DNA of 64,000 nucleotides from Octopus vulgaris (GCA_951406725.2 OX597828.1:22444001-22508000); one strand, 5' to 3'; positions 39,237 to 53,116 are shown, numbered from the stretch's first letter. The notes: generated by a model not told the origin, from the sequence alone. Program-made: numbers and translations.

Positions 39237-39344
39237 ACCCCACTTTTACTTTTTCTGCGTAATATATCTAAATAAACGTTAACGTACTTACATGTGTGTG
39301 TATATGTATGTCTGCATATATATATATATATATATATAAATATA

Positions 39345-39375
<31 letters not shown>

Positions 39376-39435
39376 ATATAAACTTATACACATTTAGATG
39401 TATATATACATACATAAATATATATATATATATAC

Positions 39436-39473
<38 letters not shown>

Positions 39474-39498
39474 TATATACATACATACATATATATAC

Positions 39499-39570
<72 letters not shown>

Positions 39571-40093
39571 TCATATATTCTGACGTGCATATTTTCGTTC
39601 AGTTGCTATAAGTCTTTGAATTACTCAAAATACAAGAGGGCGTTTCGGTGTAAATTTGGGTTAATATCAACAGCAACGATCTGGTTATCATCTAATTATT
39701 TAATTACATGCTAGTAATTTAATTCTCCTTTTGTAGTTAAACGAGAGCTAAAAATCTAATAAAATCAGTATAATTGCAAGTGTAACTTTAATTGAAAATT
39801 AATATTGTTGAAAGTATGATATGTTGTTATAACTGGTCTCTCACCTCAACTAAATAAATCTTTTCTGATATTTAATCTTACCGAGCGTTACATTATCTGA
39901 ATGCGTGGAATGTTAGGCATAAAGTATATTATTGTGGTATTAAGTTCTGTTTCATTGTGAATTAACTTTCCGAATTCAAATCCCACTTTAGTATACTTTG
40001 CAAGATGGCTTTCCTCTCTCGGTAAAATGAGGAACTTTGGCCAAAAAAATGACCGTCAGGAAATACAACAGTACACACAGACAGACAGGGACA

Positions 40094-40134
<41 letters not shown>

Positions 40135-40354
40135 ACACTCACACAAAAACACACATATGTATATATGTATTCCACCGAGGTGAACTAGTCTTCCATCCTT
40201 TCGGATTTGATAAAATAAATAACCATTTGAGTACTGGAGTCGCTGAAGTGGGATAATTTTGTACCCTGAACTTGCTGGCATTAGAGCGAATATTTAACAT
40301 GCTTTATTATGGTTTATAATGATAACTTTCTTACTTCAATATTGCGGCTTAAGT

Positions 40355-41135
40355 GCCACACCGGGCGAAATGATTTACGGTATTTCGTCTGCCGTTACGT
40401 TCTGAGTTCAAATTCCGCCGAGGTCGACTTTGTATTTCATCCTTTCGAGGTCGATTAAAGAAGTACCAGTTACGCACTGAGGTCGATATGATCGACTTAA
40501 TCCGTTTGTCTGTCCTTGTTTGTGCTCTCTGTGTTTAGCCCCTTGTGGGTAGTAAAGAAATAGGTATTTCGTCTGTCTTTACGTTCTGAGCTCAAATTCC
40601 GCCGAGGTCGATTTTATTTTTCATCCTTTCGGGGTCAATAAATTAAGTACCAGTTGCGTACTTGTGTCGATCTAATCGATTGGACCCTCCCCAAAATTTT
40701 CGGGCGTTGTGCCTAGAGTAGGAAAGAATATTGGTGCTTAGGTGCCGTGAGCTGGCAGAATCGTGAGCACGCCGGGCGTAAAGCGTAGCCGTATTTGTCT
40801 GTCTTTACGGTCTGAGTTCAAATTCCGCCAAGGTCGACTTTGCCTTTCATCCTTTCGAAGTCGATTAAATAAGTACCAGTTACGCACTGGGGTCGATATA
40901 ATCGACTTAATCCGTTTGTCTATCCTTGTTTGTCCTCTCTGTGTTTAGCCCCTTGTGGGTAGTAAAGAAATACGTATTTCGTCCGTCTTTGCGTTCTGAG
41001 TTCAAATTCCGCCGAGGTCGAATTTGCTTTTCATCCTTTCGGGGTCGATAAATTAAAAATCAGTTGCGTACTGGAGTCGATCTAATCGAGTATCCCCCTC
41101 CCCAAAATTTCGGGCGTTGTGCCTAGAGGAGAGAA
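40355..41135 (+). mobile_element. Array of two dimeric family B SINEs
   Basis: Four copies of gttctgagttcaaattccgccgaggtcga...catcctttcg. Confidence 0.85.
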
Positions 41136-41655
41136 TAATATTGGTGTTTAAGTGCATAGATCTTTATCTTATTATTATTTGAAAAATTTCAACCGGCTTC
41201 GATTTAGTTCCGTTATGAAAGTTGTCTAATACATAACAAAGAAGTCTATTTTAGCGATTTTGAGTTTGTCTTCCATTGTGTTCTGCAGTTACTGTTGCAA
41301 AAAACGTAACAGCCTCCCAAACGTTCTTGATAATGTCTCCGAGTTAAAATATCTCAAACGCAAGCCGTGAACAAATTATTTTACAAATGCGATTAATATA
41401 TATAACTATTGTAAGAAGAAACAAGAACGCGTTAAACTGGCAGAATCGTTTAAACATGAGATGGAATAACACTTTTAATGTTCTGCCTATTTCAATCACA
41501 GTACTGCAGTCCGGCTGGAGCACTGTTTTGACCGGTTCAGTTGCAGAAATCGATGTCAGTATTCATAACTGAAAATAGGAAACCACCGTAAATTAAGGTA
41601 CGTTTGTTTTGGTGCACATTTCATTGGGTTTACAAGAAGAATGATGTGCTTAGAT

Positions 41656-42300
41656 CTGTGGTTCTCAACCATACTTTGTCCATGGACCGCTTTGATTTCA
41701 ATTTTACTCAAGGAGGGATGACCACGTAAGCATTAGATGTTTAAAAATTCCAATTATATTTTTGTGGCTGTGTGGTAAGAAGCTTGCTTCCCAACCACAT
41801 GGTTCCAGGTTCAGTCACACTGTGTAGCACCTTGGGCAAGTGTTTTCTACTATAGCCTCGTGCCAACCAAGGAATTGTAAGTGGATTTGGTAGACGGAAA
41901 CTGTGAGAATCCCGTCGTATATATATATATATGTATATGTATGTATGTATTTGCGTGTGTGTGTGTGTATGCTTGTGTTTGTCTCCCTGCTATCGTTTCT
42001 CACCCGATGCTGGTGTGTTTATGTCCCCCTAACATAGCGGTTCGGCAAATAAGACCGATAGAATAAGTAGTAGGCTTACAAAGAATAAGTCCTTGGGACC
42101 ATTTCTTTAACTAACACCCTTTCAGGCGGTGCTCTAGCATGACCTCAGTAAAATGACTGAAACAAATAAAAGAATAAAATAATAAATAATGTTAAGAATT
42201 GTATTAAAAAATACCTAAACGATTTGTGTATTGTAGAAAGTTAAATTTTTTGCATATAATTTTAACAAAATAACTGTTTTGCCTCAGTTGAGAAGTAATG
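41656..42300. mobile_element. hAT/Charlie-like MITE split by a SINE
   Basis: Ends ctgtggttctcaacc / gttgagaagtaatg; similar to 43169-43551. Confidence 0.45.
41764..42180 (+). mobile_element. Full-length SINE family A
   Basis: Homology to 7136-7522. Confidence 0.85.
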
Positions 42301-43168
42301 TAGATAGTCACGCGCATGGAGATAGAGTCAGGTAATAAAGGCTTGTACCCAACACACAAGATATCTATTTATTGGAGACTGGTTTGGGTGATAGGCATGT
42401 ATTTGATTCCACTATGATGAACGACTGGCAATGTGTACCGCAGATCCGGTCTGAAATCCAGAATTGTAATGGAATTTCTCTGGGAGGTGTAGCGGTTCAT
42501 TCACTCACAACTGGTTGGAGGTTTACGTAATAAAAGTTAGAATGTTGAGAAAACAACTAAAGGAATATCATGAATGCATTTGTAAAATTTACAAAAAAGA
42601 AAATGACCTTCTAAAGGTATTAGATCAGCTTATCTTTGAATTGGAATCATTAGCTCTTATTTGAATTTCTAGAAAAAATTCTAGCGTGGCATATGGTTCT
42701 GTAAAAAGTTTTACCAATAATCATTGATGTAAGTATATTCTTGAAAACGTCAATTTGTGGCTTTCACAAGAATGCAGAATGCTAAAAACGAAGTCAGGAT
42801 TTCTGTTTGATATTACTCAGTTAAATGTTGACGGTTAAAAAAAGATGGATTTAGATTTGGTAACAGTATGTCTGCAATAGTTTGAAACGGCGAAATAGCT
42901 TCGCCTCCCATGAAATATTTCCATATTTTCTTTTAAATAATTTGTGATATTTTGATCATAACCAAAGGTATGCTTATGAAAAATTTATAAATATTTTGTC
43001 TTAGGAAAAAATCCTGGAGTATGCTCGTATCGTAATAATGTAGGCAGACACAGACAGACACACACACGCACACATACTCACACAAGATCGTACACTTACA
43101 CATGTAAATATATGTGTATCTAGAAACATATATATTTTAAGATTTCTCTTTGACATAAGCAATATTGA

Positions 43169-43551
43169 CAGTGGTTAAAAATCAGTATACTTATACTTCA
43201 GAGAAGGGACTGTCAAACATTTTTTTACCTAACGACCCCTTTGATTATTATTTCATTCTGGTGGACCCTCATAATCATTCGATAGTTAAAATTAGTTTTA
43301 TAGTTAATTCTTTGAAAATACCAATTTTGTTTCTCACACATTAACTTGTGTAAGTTGAACTACATAAAACGTCAGAGAAAGAAACCTGGCTGTTTCTTGC
43401 AATACATACCAATACATACACCTAAGGCGAAATATTTTAGGGATCCTTAAAATACTGTTGTGGATGCCCAATACACTATTTTATTCTGTGGCCCACTCAA
43501 AATTGTATATGGACTCTCAGAGGACATATGGACCCCGGTTGAGAAACACTG
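43169..43551. mobile_element. hAT/Charlie-like MITE
   Basis: 3' end ggaccccggttgagaaacactg; 5' cagtggtt; repeated tggaccc subterminal motifs. Confidence 0.5.
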
Positions 43552-43801
43552 CTTCAGATTAAGCGTCTTGTAAATAAGAAACAGAATATGAATTATGAAT
43601 GACAAAACCACAGGATTCATCTATTCACTTTCACTGTCTTACAACCGTTTCTGCTATAAGAAGCATTGCGCTGCGTGAATCAATGAGCGCGATGTGGTGT
43701 ATTTTGCTATAACATTGTGAATGAACTAGACAGGCAGAAACTGAAGGAAGCCTTTGTTTTATATATATATATTTATATATATATATATATATATATATAC
43801 A

Positions 43802-43863
<62 letters not shown>

Positions 43864-43899
43864 CATGCATATGTACATGCATATATATATATATATATA

Positions 43900-44124
43900 G
43901 GCGGCGAGCTGGCAGAAACGTTAGCACGCCGGGCGAAATGCGTAGCCGTATTTCGTCTGCCGTTACGTTCTGAGTTCAAATTCCGCCGAGGTCGACTTTG
44001 CCTTTCATCCTTTCGGGGTCGATAAATTAAGTACCAGTTACGCACTGGGGTCGATGTAATCGACTTAATCCGTTTGTCTGTCCTTGTTTATCCCCTCTGT
44101 GTTTAGCCCTTGTGGGTAGTAAAG

Positions 44125-44128
<4 letters not shown>
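43900..44128 (+). mobile_element. Nin/Deu-domain tRNA-SINE (family B), young copy in (TA)n
   Basis: ggcggcgagctggcagaa head, B box gagttcaaattcc, gaggtcgactttgcctttcatcctttcggggtcgataaa domain. Confidence 0.9.
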
Positions 44129-44162
<34 letters not shown>

Positions 44163-44339
44163 TTACCCATACAGCAATAACTATATATCACTCCGCCCAC
44201 ACATTTTTTTTTTTTTCTATTTTGCCCATACATGTATACCTTATATACATACACGCCTACATAACAGCCTACTAACAGCACTGTATATATAAACTATATG
44301 TGTGTGTCTGTGCGTGTTCGTGTGTGTGTATATAAACAC

Positions 44340-44396
<57 letters not shown>

Positions 44397-44661
44397 GGTA
44401 AATGGATACAGGTATGGACAGGTAGATATACAGATAGATAGGTATATAGGTAATATGGACAGATGACACGAACACACAAACACATATACATACATACAAA
44501 TAAAGACTGAAACAAAAGACCATATACAAACGTACATATCACACAAGGACACATATGAAGAGATAGCCATACATAACAGATGCATGTATTTAGCCCCAGA
44601 AACCCATACACAGACACACTCAAACGTGAAAACACAAAGAGACAGAGGTACACACACACAT

Positions 44662-44727
<66 letters not shown>

Positions 44728-44922
44728 GCACACATACAAACACACATACATGAACACAAACGCAAACACAGAATCATGATTGATAATTTTAATTTTAACT
44801 TCAGTAGGAGATAATTAAGGAAGCACATTTTACACCCTGCTGGTGTACTGGTTATATCCTTTAAAGCATTATTTCGTGATGTGCAAATAGATGCCACGAG
44901 TTTACCTTCAGATATATTCTTA

Positions 44923-45226
44923 GTGGAGGCGCAATGGCCCAGTGGTTAGGGCAGCGGACTCACGGTCGGAGGATCGGGTTTTCGATTCCCAGACCGGGCG
45001 TTGTGTGTGTTTATTGAGCAAAAACACCTAAAAGCTCCACGAATCTCCGGCAGGGGATGGTGGCCATCCCTGTTGTACTCTTTCGCCACAACTTTCTCTC
45101 ACTCCCTCTTCCTGTTTCTTGAGTAACGCTGCAATGGACTGGCCTCCCGTCCAGCTGGGGGGAACACATACGCCACAGAAACCGGGAAACCGGGCCCATG
45201 AGCCTAGCTACGCTTGAAAAGGGTGA
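44923..45226 (+). mobile_element. tRNA-derived SINE with Meta-like domain
   Basis: tggcccagtggttagg A box, ttcgattccc B box, ctgcaatggactggcctcccgtccag...gaaaccggg. Confidence 0.8.
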
Positions 45227-45819
45227 CGAATACTCTTAGTGCATAACTACTCGCTTATAATCTACCATATTTCCTAAATTTACTTCCCATAATTCTTGCT
45301 ATATTTCCTCTTTCTGCTAACATCTATCGCTCTTTATAAAACCAAATACTCATTATGACACTATATGTGATGTGAATCCATAACTAATACATTCTCCTTA
45401 ATGAAGGAGACAGTGTGTAAAATTTGCATAGGCATATCCTTTATTTTTATGAATTACTCTCTTTTTGTTTTGTGAGGTAAGGCAGGTTTGATCGATTTAC
45501 CTACATGATAAGTATTGGCATCGATGTAATCAAACAACACTCAAAAATATTGACAGTGTGCCTAAATTAGAAACCTATATTTTTACACATTTAATAGTAA
45601 ATTATAACTTCTCTTAGTGCAGATTATGGAATCGAAAGATTGCCCGTTACATGAGCAATTACGAAAATGCCGACTGTACAAATCTGTGGAGAATAAAACA
45701 TCTAAGAAATTCACAGAAAATATTCATACGCAAAAATATAAAATAGATATTAACGAACAAGCCAATCAATATATATGTATTATAAGTCAATGCATATATA
45801 TGATATATTCAATTCTTCG

Positions 45820-46089
45820 AGATTTACTTATGTAGTCTGCCCAGCAGACTATAATATTACAATAAAGGATTTTGTCAAATAATAAAGCAGAGAAAAAAGA
45901 GCTTGTGATAGCTTTAAGATAATTGCAAACATAGACAAAAGGAACGTTTGTGGTAATTATAGGAGTGTTGGAAACGTCGATGCGAGATGCAAAGAAGATA
46001 ATCGAAGAATTGTCAGATAAACTTTCCATGTGTGAAGTACACGAGACGGCGTTTCTGGGAAGTGGCCGTAATCTGAAAATGGATGAATA
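45820..46089 (+). pseudogene. Possible R4/Dong-like restriction-like endonuclease C-terminal remnant
   Basis: PADYNITIKDFVK...FVVIIGVLET...EVHETAFLGSGRNLK resembles the RLE tail P.D.N...KE..K...IGALG...QK.A.LGTA.ILR. Confidence 0.45.
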
Positions 46090-46497
46090 AATAAAATAAG
46101 TAAATAGATAGGAATAAAATACACGGATACAATAAGAAATAACGATACAAGAGAATATGAATAGGTTGTCAATACAGCGATAGGTTTATATCCACAAATG
46201 TATTCTACCTCAGGTGACATTGTTATAACAACAGCAATAACAAAACCGTTAATGTAGATGGTGGTGATGGTACAGTACTACAACTACTACTACTACTGGT
46301 GCTGCTGCTGGTGCCGCTGCTGCTACTACTGCTATTACTACTATTTCTGTTACAACTGTTCATAATAAAAATATCAGCAACAAGAATAACGGAAGTTGCT
46401 TTCATTTTTCAATATTATTTCTTATTTTTTTACAGAAACTTCACCAAAAAGATAATAATATATTACGTAATATTAATAATAATAATGATAATGATAT

Positions 46498-46910
46498 CCA
46501 GTACCAGGCAGTGGCTCTCATGGCTTCTGATCTTAACTGATTGGAAATGTTATCATGTACATTGTTTTGTGTTGGTATAAAAGATGGGCTACAGTAAATA
46601 TTCTGCTCAGTACCATAGATTCACTTGTCAGTTGTTTGACCTTAACCAGTTGAGCATGTCTCTTAGTGGTTGATGATATGTGAATCTCTTATCACGAGCA
46701 GAAGTAGAGATAGAGCATCATAGCCATGTGTTGAGAGGAATTCTTTAGGTTTGGATAATTCACCTCGGACCCCACCTGCAAGGTCATACACTGTTTATGT
46801 TGATATGAGATCACCATGTCGCGCACATGTGGTTGTGATGCATGTACCTAGTATACCCTTATCAGACTGGTAGTCATGATACGTATACTGGGCTTCATAT
46901 ATTTTATCCG
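46498..46910 (+). repeat. Interspersed repeat family C (inverted copies at 48862-49097 and 52570-53020)
   Basis: Shared gtagtcatgat, gagatc, tgaccttaaccagttgagcatgtc segments; adjoins (AAT)n tracts. Confidence 0.65.
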
Positions 46911-47328
46911 AGCCTTTCAAATGTAAAGCACTTGGTTTTGGGAAAGTCTTTAACAAAAGTCTCATTAGTACCCGTAAAGCTTTGTGAAAAATAACTGGTT
47001 GGGATTAAAAGAATAATGTTTTACGAAATTCCTAAATCCATAGGGATTTGTGAATCTCATAAAATAACTGATACCAACAACTCAAAGCACGTAGCATGCC
47101 TGTCAAAAGCAGACTGTATCGTTATATACTTATTTTCCACCTATTAGTAATGAAGTAAAGTTTGACGAGAAAAGACGAAGAGCATTTCATGTCATACCAG
47201 AGTCAAGCCCAGTGGCTGGAAATGCTCAGTTTAGATAAATCAGACCATGGTAACACACCACATCAACCCGGGCTTGTCAAAATGGCAAATAAACATTTTA
47301 CGCCTGCTGCATCCTTTACAGCAACAGT

Positions 47329-47410
<82 letters not shown>

Positions 47411-47486
47411 GCTACTACTACTACTACCACTACTATAAATAATAATAATAATACTGATAATAATAAATAAATAGATAAATAAATAG

Positions 47487-47735
47487 ATGCGCGCTTTTAA
47501 AGCCTAGCCAGGCTCATGGGCCCGCATGCCCGGTTTCAATGGCGTATGTGTTCCCCAGCTGGACGGGACGCCAGTCCATTGCAGCGTCACTCATTTTTGT
47601 CAGCTGAGTGGACTGGAGCAACGTGAAATGAAGTGTTTTGCTCAAGAACACAACGCGTCACCCGGTCTAGGAAACGAAACCACAATCTTACGATCATGGT
47701 GCTGACACCATAGCATTTCAGCCACGCGCCTCCAC
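47487..47735 (-). mobile_element. tRNA-derived SINE with Meta-like domain
   Basis: Homologous 3' part to 44923-45226. Confidence 0.8.
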
Positions 47736-47883
47736 ACTATTACTACTATTACTACTACTACTAATACTACTACTGCTACTACTACTACCAATAACAATTA
47801 TAAAATTAAAAGCATTAATTAAAGTGGTAAGTTGCTTTTCCTGTCTGTTTGGTAGAACATAAATATATTTTATATTGATATAA

Positions 47884-48780
47884 GACGGTGAGCTGGCAAA
47901 GACGTTAGCACGCTGGGCGAAATGCGTAGCCGTATTTCGTCTGCCGTTACGTTCTGAGTTCAAATTCCGCCGAGGTCGACTTTGCTTTCATTCTTTCGAA
48001 GTCGATAAATAAGTACCAGTTACTCACTGGCGTCGATGTAATTGACTTAATCCGTTTGTCTGTCCTTCTTTTGTCCTCTCTGTGTTTAGCCCCTTGTGGG
48101 TAGTAAAGAAATAGGTATTTCGTCTCGCGTTACGTTCTGAGTCCAAATTCTGCGGAGGTCGAATTTGCTTTTCATCTTTTCGAGGACGATTAAATAAGTA
48201 CCAGTTACGCACTGGAGTCGATATAATCGACTTAATCCCTTTGTCTGTCCTTGTTTGTCGCCTCTATGTTTAGCCTCCTGTGGGCAATAAAGAAAGAGGA
48301 AATAAATATATTTTATATTGATATTATCATCAAGGTAACGGTGGTAAGCTGGTGGAATAGTTAGCACGTCCGGCGAAATGCTTAGCAGTATATTGTCTGC
48401 TGCTATGTTCTGAGTTCAAATTCCGTCGAGGTTGACTTTGTCTTTTCTCCTTTCGGGGATGATGAAATAAGTACCAGTTACGTATTGGGGGTCAATGTAG
48501 TCGACTTAATCCCATCCCTAAAGCTGCCTTTGTGGGGAAAATTTGAAATAATTATTATCATGATGGTAGCGAGTTGGTAGAAACGTTAGCAGACCGTATA
48601 AAATGGTTGTGGTCATTTCATACGTCTTCACATTTTGAGTTCAAATACAGCCGAAGCCGGTTTTGATTTCCATCCTCTCGATCACGCTAAACTAAGTACA
48701 AACTGAGCACCAAATTCGAATGTTTTCGACTAGCCTCCTTCCTAACAAAATTTCAGACCCAGTGCTTTTAGTAGAACGGA
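47884..48780 (+). mobile_element. Cluster of family B SINE units of different ages
   Basis: At least four gagttcaaattccg-type units. Confidence 0.8.
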
Positions 48781-48790
48781 TTGTTATGAA

Positions 48791-48856
<66 letters not shown>

Positions 48857-49124
48857 CATTGTATCAGAGAGCAGTGCTTGCCATCAAAGTGACACTGGGG
48901 TAAAATATAGGAAGCTCCGTATACACATCATGACTACCCATCTGATAAGGGCACACCAGGCACTTACATCACAACCATATGTGCCCGATTTAGGGATCTC
49001 ATATCAATATACACATATTAAAGTTGGGGCCCTGTAAGAATTTTCTTCAGGTCGAGTAAACCCATCCCACTCAAAACGTCCCTCAATAATGGCTGTTTAT
49101 TCTTCTTCTTATTATTATTATTGA

Positions 49125-49184
<60 letters not shown>

Positions 49185-50734
49185 GATATTTTAAAAGGAT
49201 TGACGTAACACTTCACACAAAGAACGAGACAATACGAAGAGCGCGACGCGATTGCAATAGATATTTTATAGGTTGAACGATATTTCGACAGCAAGCCTGT
49301 ATTTGTCGAGTTCAAAATAAAATAAAAAGTGATAAAAATTCAAATCTAAAATATGAAAGACAGCTACCGGTAATTTTCATGTAACAGCGAAATTTTGGTG
49401 CCAGTTAATCACTCTAGGAATTCTGTCACATATTGTACTTTGTTTGCTAAAATTATGCGTGAAAGTTCGACTTTCCTTGTTAATTTTCGCTGTTTCATTT
49501 GCAATTTCCTTTAATCGTGATTCACTGTAACCGCGTTTGATATAACGGTGTACAAAAGCATTTTCAGGATTACGGTAATCCCCTGTGTCAGTACAAATCC
49601 GTTTTATCTTCTAGAATTGGGATTTCGGATTTGACCGAATTATATGATGTGCATGATCAGAGGAGAGGTAAAAGTGGGATGACGTGGGCTTGCAAAATAT
49701 CTCTGTTGCTATTCTGCCTCCGGAAAACTTAACCTTTGTGTCCAAAAATTCAACGTTAGTTTTTCGAAAAATAGACGTAAGTTTTATGTTAGACTTAGTT
49801 TTTGGAATAACATTTTTTAGCATAATGTTCACAGGAATGCAAAAAGTCAATTAAACTATCATGTGACCCTTCCCAGAGAATAAAAGACGTCATGAATGAA
49901 CCGTAACCAGAGTATTGGTTCACGACTATGTAAGGATTTGAATGTCAGCATTTCTTCATGTAGACATTAGCAAATTTTACTGCCATAGGGGTAACCATGG
50001 TGCAACCCTTCGTCTAGTGGTATGAATCTGACCAGGTCAGATTCATACGCCAGGGCAAAAAGGCCAAAATCATATTCGCCAGTCTGGTGGTAAAATCTTT
50101 GTCTAAAGTTCATTGTTACTTTGTAACACAAACCTTAATTATCTACAGAGAAAATTTGATGGAATACTTTTGTTTGACCGATTTTCGAAGGCAGTCACAC
50201 TTCTATCCCTTGCACGCTTCTACCCCTTCAACGTGGTCGATATTAGAATATAAAGAAGAAACTTCCATGGTTACTAAAACAGAGTTTTCGATATGGCTTC
50301 GGTATTAAAAAAGTTGATCTTTGACACAAAATCAAAAGAATCCCGAATATAGGAACTATATATATTTCTGCGGCAGGGAGTAGAAAGCCACCCAACCATT
50401 CTGAAAATCTTGGCTGTACAATATTCATATCCGCTGCAAATTGGGTGCATTAGAAGAAATTTTTCGAACGTTTTGTGTATTTTTGGTAGACCATAAAATA
50501 AAGGTGCTCTTCTTCCTGACCGTAAAATCCTCGATTCGGCCGTATCAATAAAATTGTTTTCCTCCATTTCCAGAATTATTTTGTCAAGCTTGGGTTTGGA
50601 TCAACAGGTAATTCTTGCTATGAAGTGTTGTCACTTAAAAGTCCTTCACAAGCCGAAATATACTCACTTTTGTACATAATTGCGATCGTACCTCTCTTAT
50701 CCGCCATTTTAATAACAATAAAATCGTTTATTAT

Positions 50735-51011
50735 TTACATTAGCAGAATATTTGTCCTCATGTTTTTTGTTGTTAATACAACGTTTCGGCTGATACCCTC
50801 CAGCCTTCATCAGGGGTCTTGGGGAAATTTCGAACCTGATTTCTCATTCCTATGGTATTTTTCTATATTATTATTATTATTATTATCATTATTCTTATTA
50901 TTATTATAATTATTCAGGTCACTGTCTGGAATCGAACTCAGAATGTTGGGGTTAGTAGCCCGCGATCTTAACCACTACACCAAATGTCCACGGGCATATG
51001 GCGTAGTAGTT
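50735..51011 (-). mobile_element. tRNA-headed element with (AAT)n linker and hammerhead, nested in the old PLE
   Basis: tRNA-like head 50917-50989 (tggtgtagtggtt A box, gagttcgattcc B box); HHR at 50776-50817. Confidence 0.75.
50776..50817 (-). ncRNA. Minimal type I hammerhead, intact core, decayed stem I
   Basis: CTGATGA-a-ggctg(gagggtat)cagcc-GAAA-c-GTT. Confidence 0.75.
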
Positions 51012-52346
51012 CACTAGACGTCGTTGTTAACTAGACGTCGGAGTGCGTATCGCTGGGAATTTGTGAGGTTATTCCAGCACTTCTTTCGACTTGTTTTAAG
51101 GCTTTCCATAATGCCTGTCTGACAAGATTCAAGAAATTCCAATAGTACTTGTGAACATAAATCCCGAACTTTATCTGAATACCAATTGAGATTCTTTTCA
51201 GTCCACTTATGCCAGATTCGATCATCATCATTTTTATTTTCAGTAAGCATAGTGTTTTCTGACTCCTCGTTACTAGTCTTTTCAAAAAAAAAAATTCCTT
51301 CAGCTAGTGACGGCAGACAAACTGAAATAACCCTTGAGCTAGGTTATTCTTGTCGAAATTCTTAGTGATTGGGCAGAAACTCATTCCAACCTCCAAGACT
51401 GAGAAATCGTCGATTGAAAGTTGTAGTTAAGATAAATTTACGACCGCCTCATTCTCTAGCATGATGGATTTTCTTGGGCGAGTAGTTTTTAGAGTAGATA
51501 CCTTTTGGACTTTACTCGAAATTTTCACTTAAAACATGACTACCTATTGTGTAATAAAATTTGTTCTGAATGTTCTTGTGAGAAGTCATAATGATTAGTC
51601 CTATTTTTAGGAGTAATCCATTTCTGGGTGGGTGATAGAAAGTGAGTGACTTCTGTGATTTCCGTAGGTATTTGAAAAACCTTTACTTTATTGTTTTCAA
51701 GGCAAAATCTTAAATGTGCTCGCATTCTTGATTGATCAAATAAAAACTTCTCTGGAGTATTTCCAATTACCAGGTCAGATTCATACGCCAGGGCAAAAAG
51801 GCCAAATTCATATTCGCCAGCTTGGGGATTAGTAATATGAACTTGTTGAACTGTAGAATTATGTGTGTCTGTGGTGAGTACAGCATTGTTATTTGTGTTA
51901 TTAGTACCTATGCTGCAGTCAAGTTCAAACTGTCATAAATATGAACATCTCCGAAAAGAATTGGTCGACATAACAAAATGAGGAGAAACAGGTTTTCGGG
52001 TAACATCACGTCCTGGAGGAATGAATAAAAGTGACTGGAGAATTTCATCAAATTTACACAAAACTGCTTGATTAAATATTTTTCTTCTTTTTCGTTTTCT
52101 TCTTTTCCCTTTTCTTCTTTCTTTCCTTTTCTTCTCTCATATTTTCTGACTTTTTTCTTTTCGGCAGTTGTAAAACTGAAACTTAAAGAGCGATGATGCC
52201 ATTCCATGAATGTGGATGCTGGTTGCTCTCGTTCATATTTTAGTTTTGAATTTTCATAATTTTGAATTTTTATCGCCTTTTACTTTGAACACAACAAAGA
52301 CAGGCTTGCTGCCGAAATATCGTTCTACTACTACTACTACTACTAC

Positions 52347-52395
<49 letters not shown>

Positions 52396-52467
52396 GTTGT
52401 TGTTGTTGTTGTTGTTGTTCTTGTTGTTGTTGATGGTGTTATTATTATTAGTAGTAGTAGTAGTAAT

Positions 52468-52525
<58 letters not shown>

Positions 52526-53040
52526 CCATTTTTGTTATTGTTACTAGTATTATTATTATTATTATCATTACGGAATATCACACACGCTTGGGTACAAATA
52601 TACGAAGACCAAAACACTCACCATGACTACCCGTCTGTTAAGTATACAACAAGCGCATGCGTCAGAACCATGCGATTTGATGATATCATATCAAGATAAA
52701 CAGCGCGTGTTTATTTAGTATTTTCTTCAGATCGCGTAGCCCATCCTGCTGAAAAGGTCTATAAATAAGAGTTGTTTAAGAATGACTAACGAAATAGCCA
52801 TGTTTCCATGTATTAATTATCGAAACTCCAAATAATCCCTCTCATTACATGGCTACGCTACTGCCACACTTCCCCCGCACATATCGTCAGCTACCAAGGG
52901 ACATCTTCAACTGGTTAAAGTCAAGCATCTGACAAGCAAATCTGTGGTATTTAGCATAATATTTGCTGTAGTCCATCTTTTGCACCAAGACAAAATGGTA
53001 ACACTTCCAGCCAGTTACATTAGATGTCCTTTTCATCATG

Positions 53041-53079
<39 letters not shown>

Positions 53080-53116
53080 GTTGTTGTTGTTGTTATTATT
53101 ATTTATAATCATGATA

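Larger units (their letters stand above)
49185..52326 (-). mobile_element. Decayed near-full-length Penelope-like element with inverted terminal repeats
   Basis: Remnants VGMSFCP, NLTNSQRYALRRL, IVIKMADKRG, FYGLPKIHK, TKGCTMVTPMAVKFANVYM, VEFLDTKV, KPTSSHFYL, SQF; ~49272-49360 is the reverse complement of ~52225-52326. Confidence 0.8.

Noticed and set aside
40355-41135. CRISPR-like repeat array
   Set aside because: Units are ~185-bp SINE bodies without unique spacers; eukaryotic context with no cas genes
47162-47470. 102-aa ORF
   Set aside because: Non-ATG start, half of it is trinucleotide repeat, and it has no recognisable domain
50917-50989. tRNA gene with ACT anticodon
   Set aside because: Mismatched acceptor, anticodon and T stems and embedded in a repeat; treated as a SINE-type head. 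The same applies to the tRNA-like heads at 25261 and 44923
51860-52030. Candidate host exon (strong minus-strand acceptor at ~52013)
   Set aside because: All three frames hit stop codons, it lies inside the PLE boundaries, and no partner exon was found
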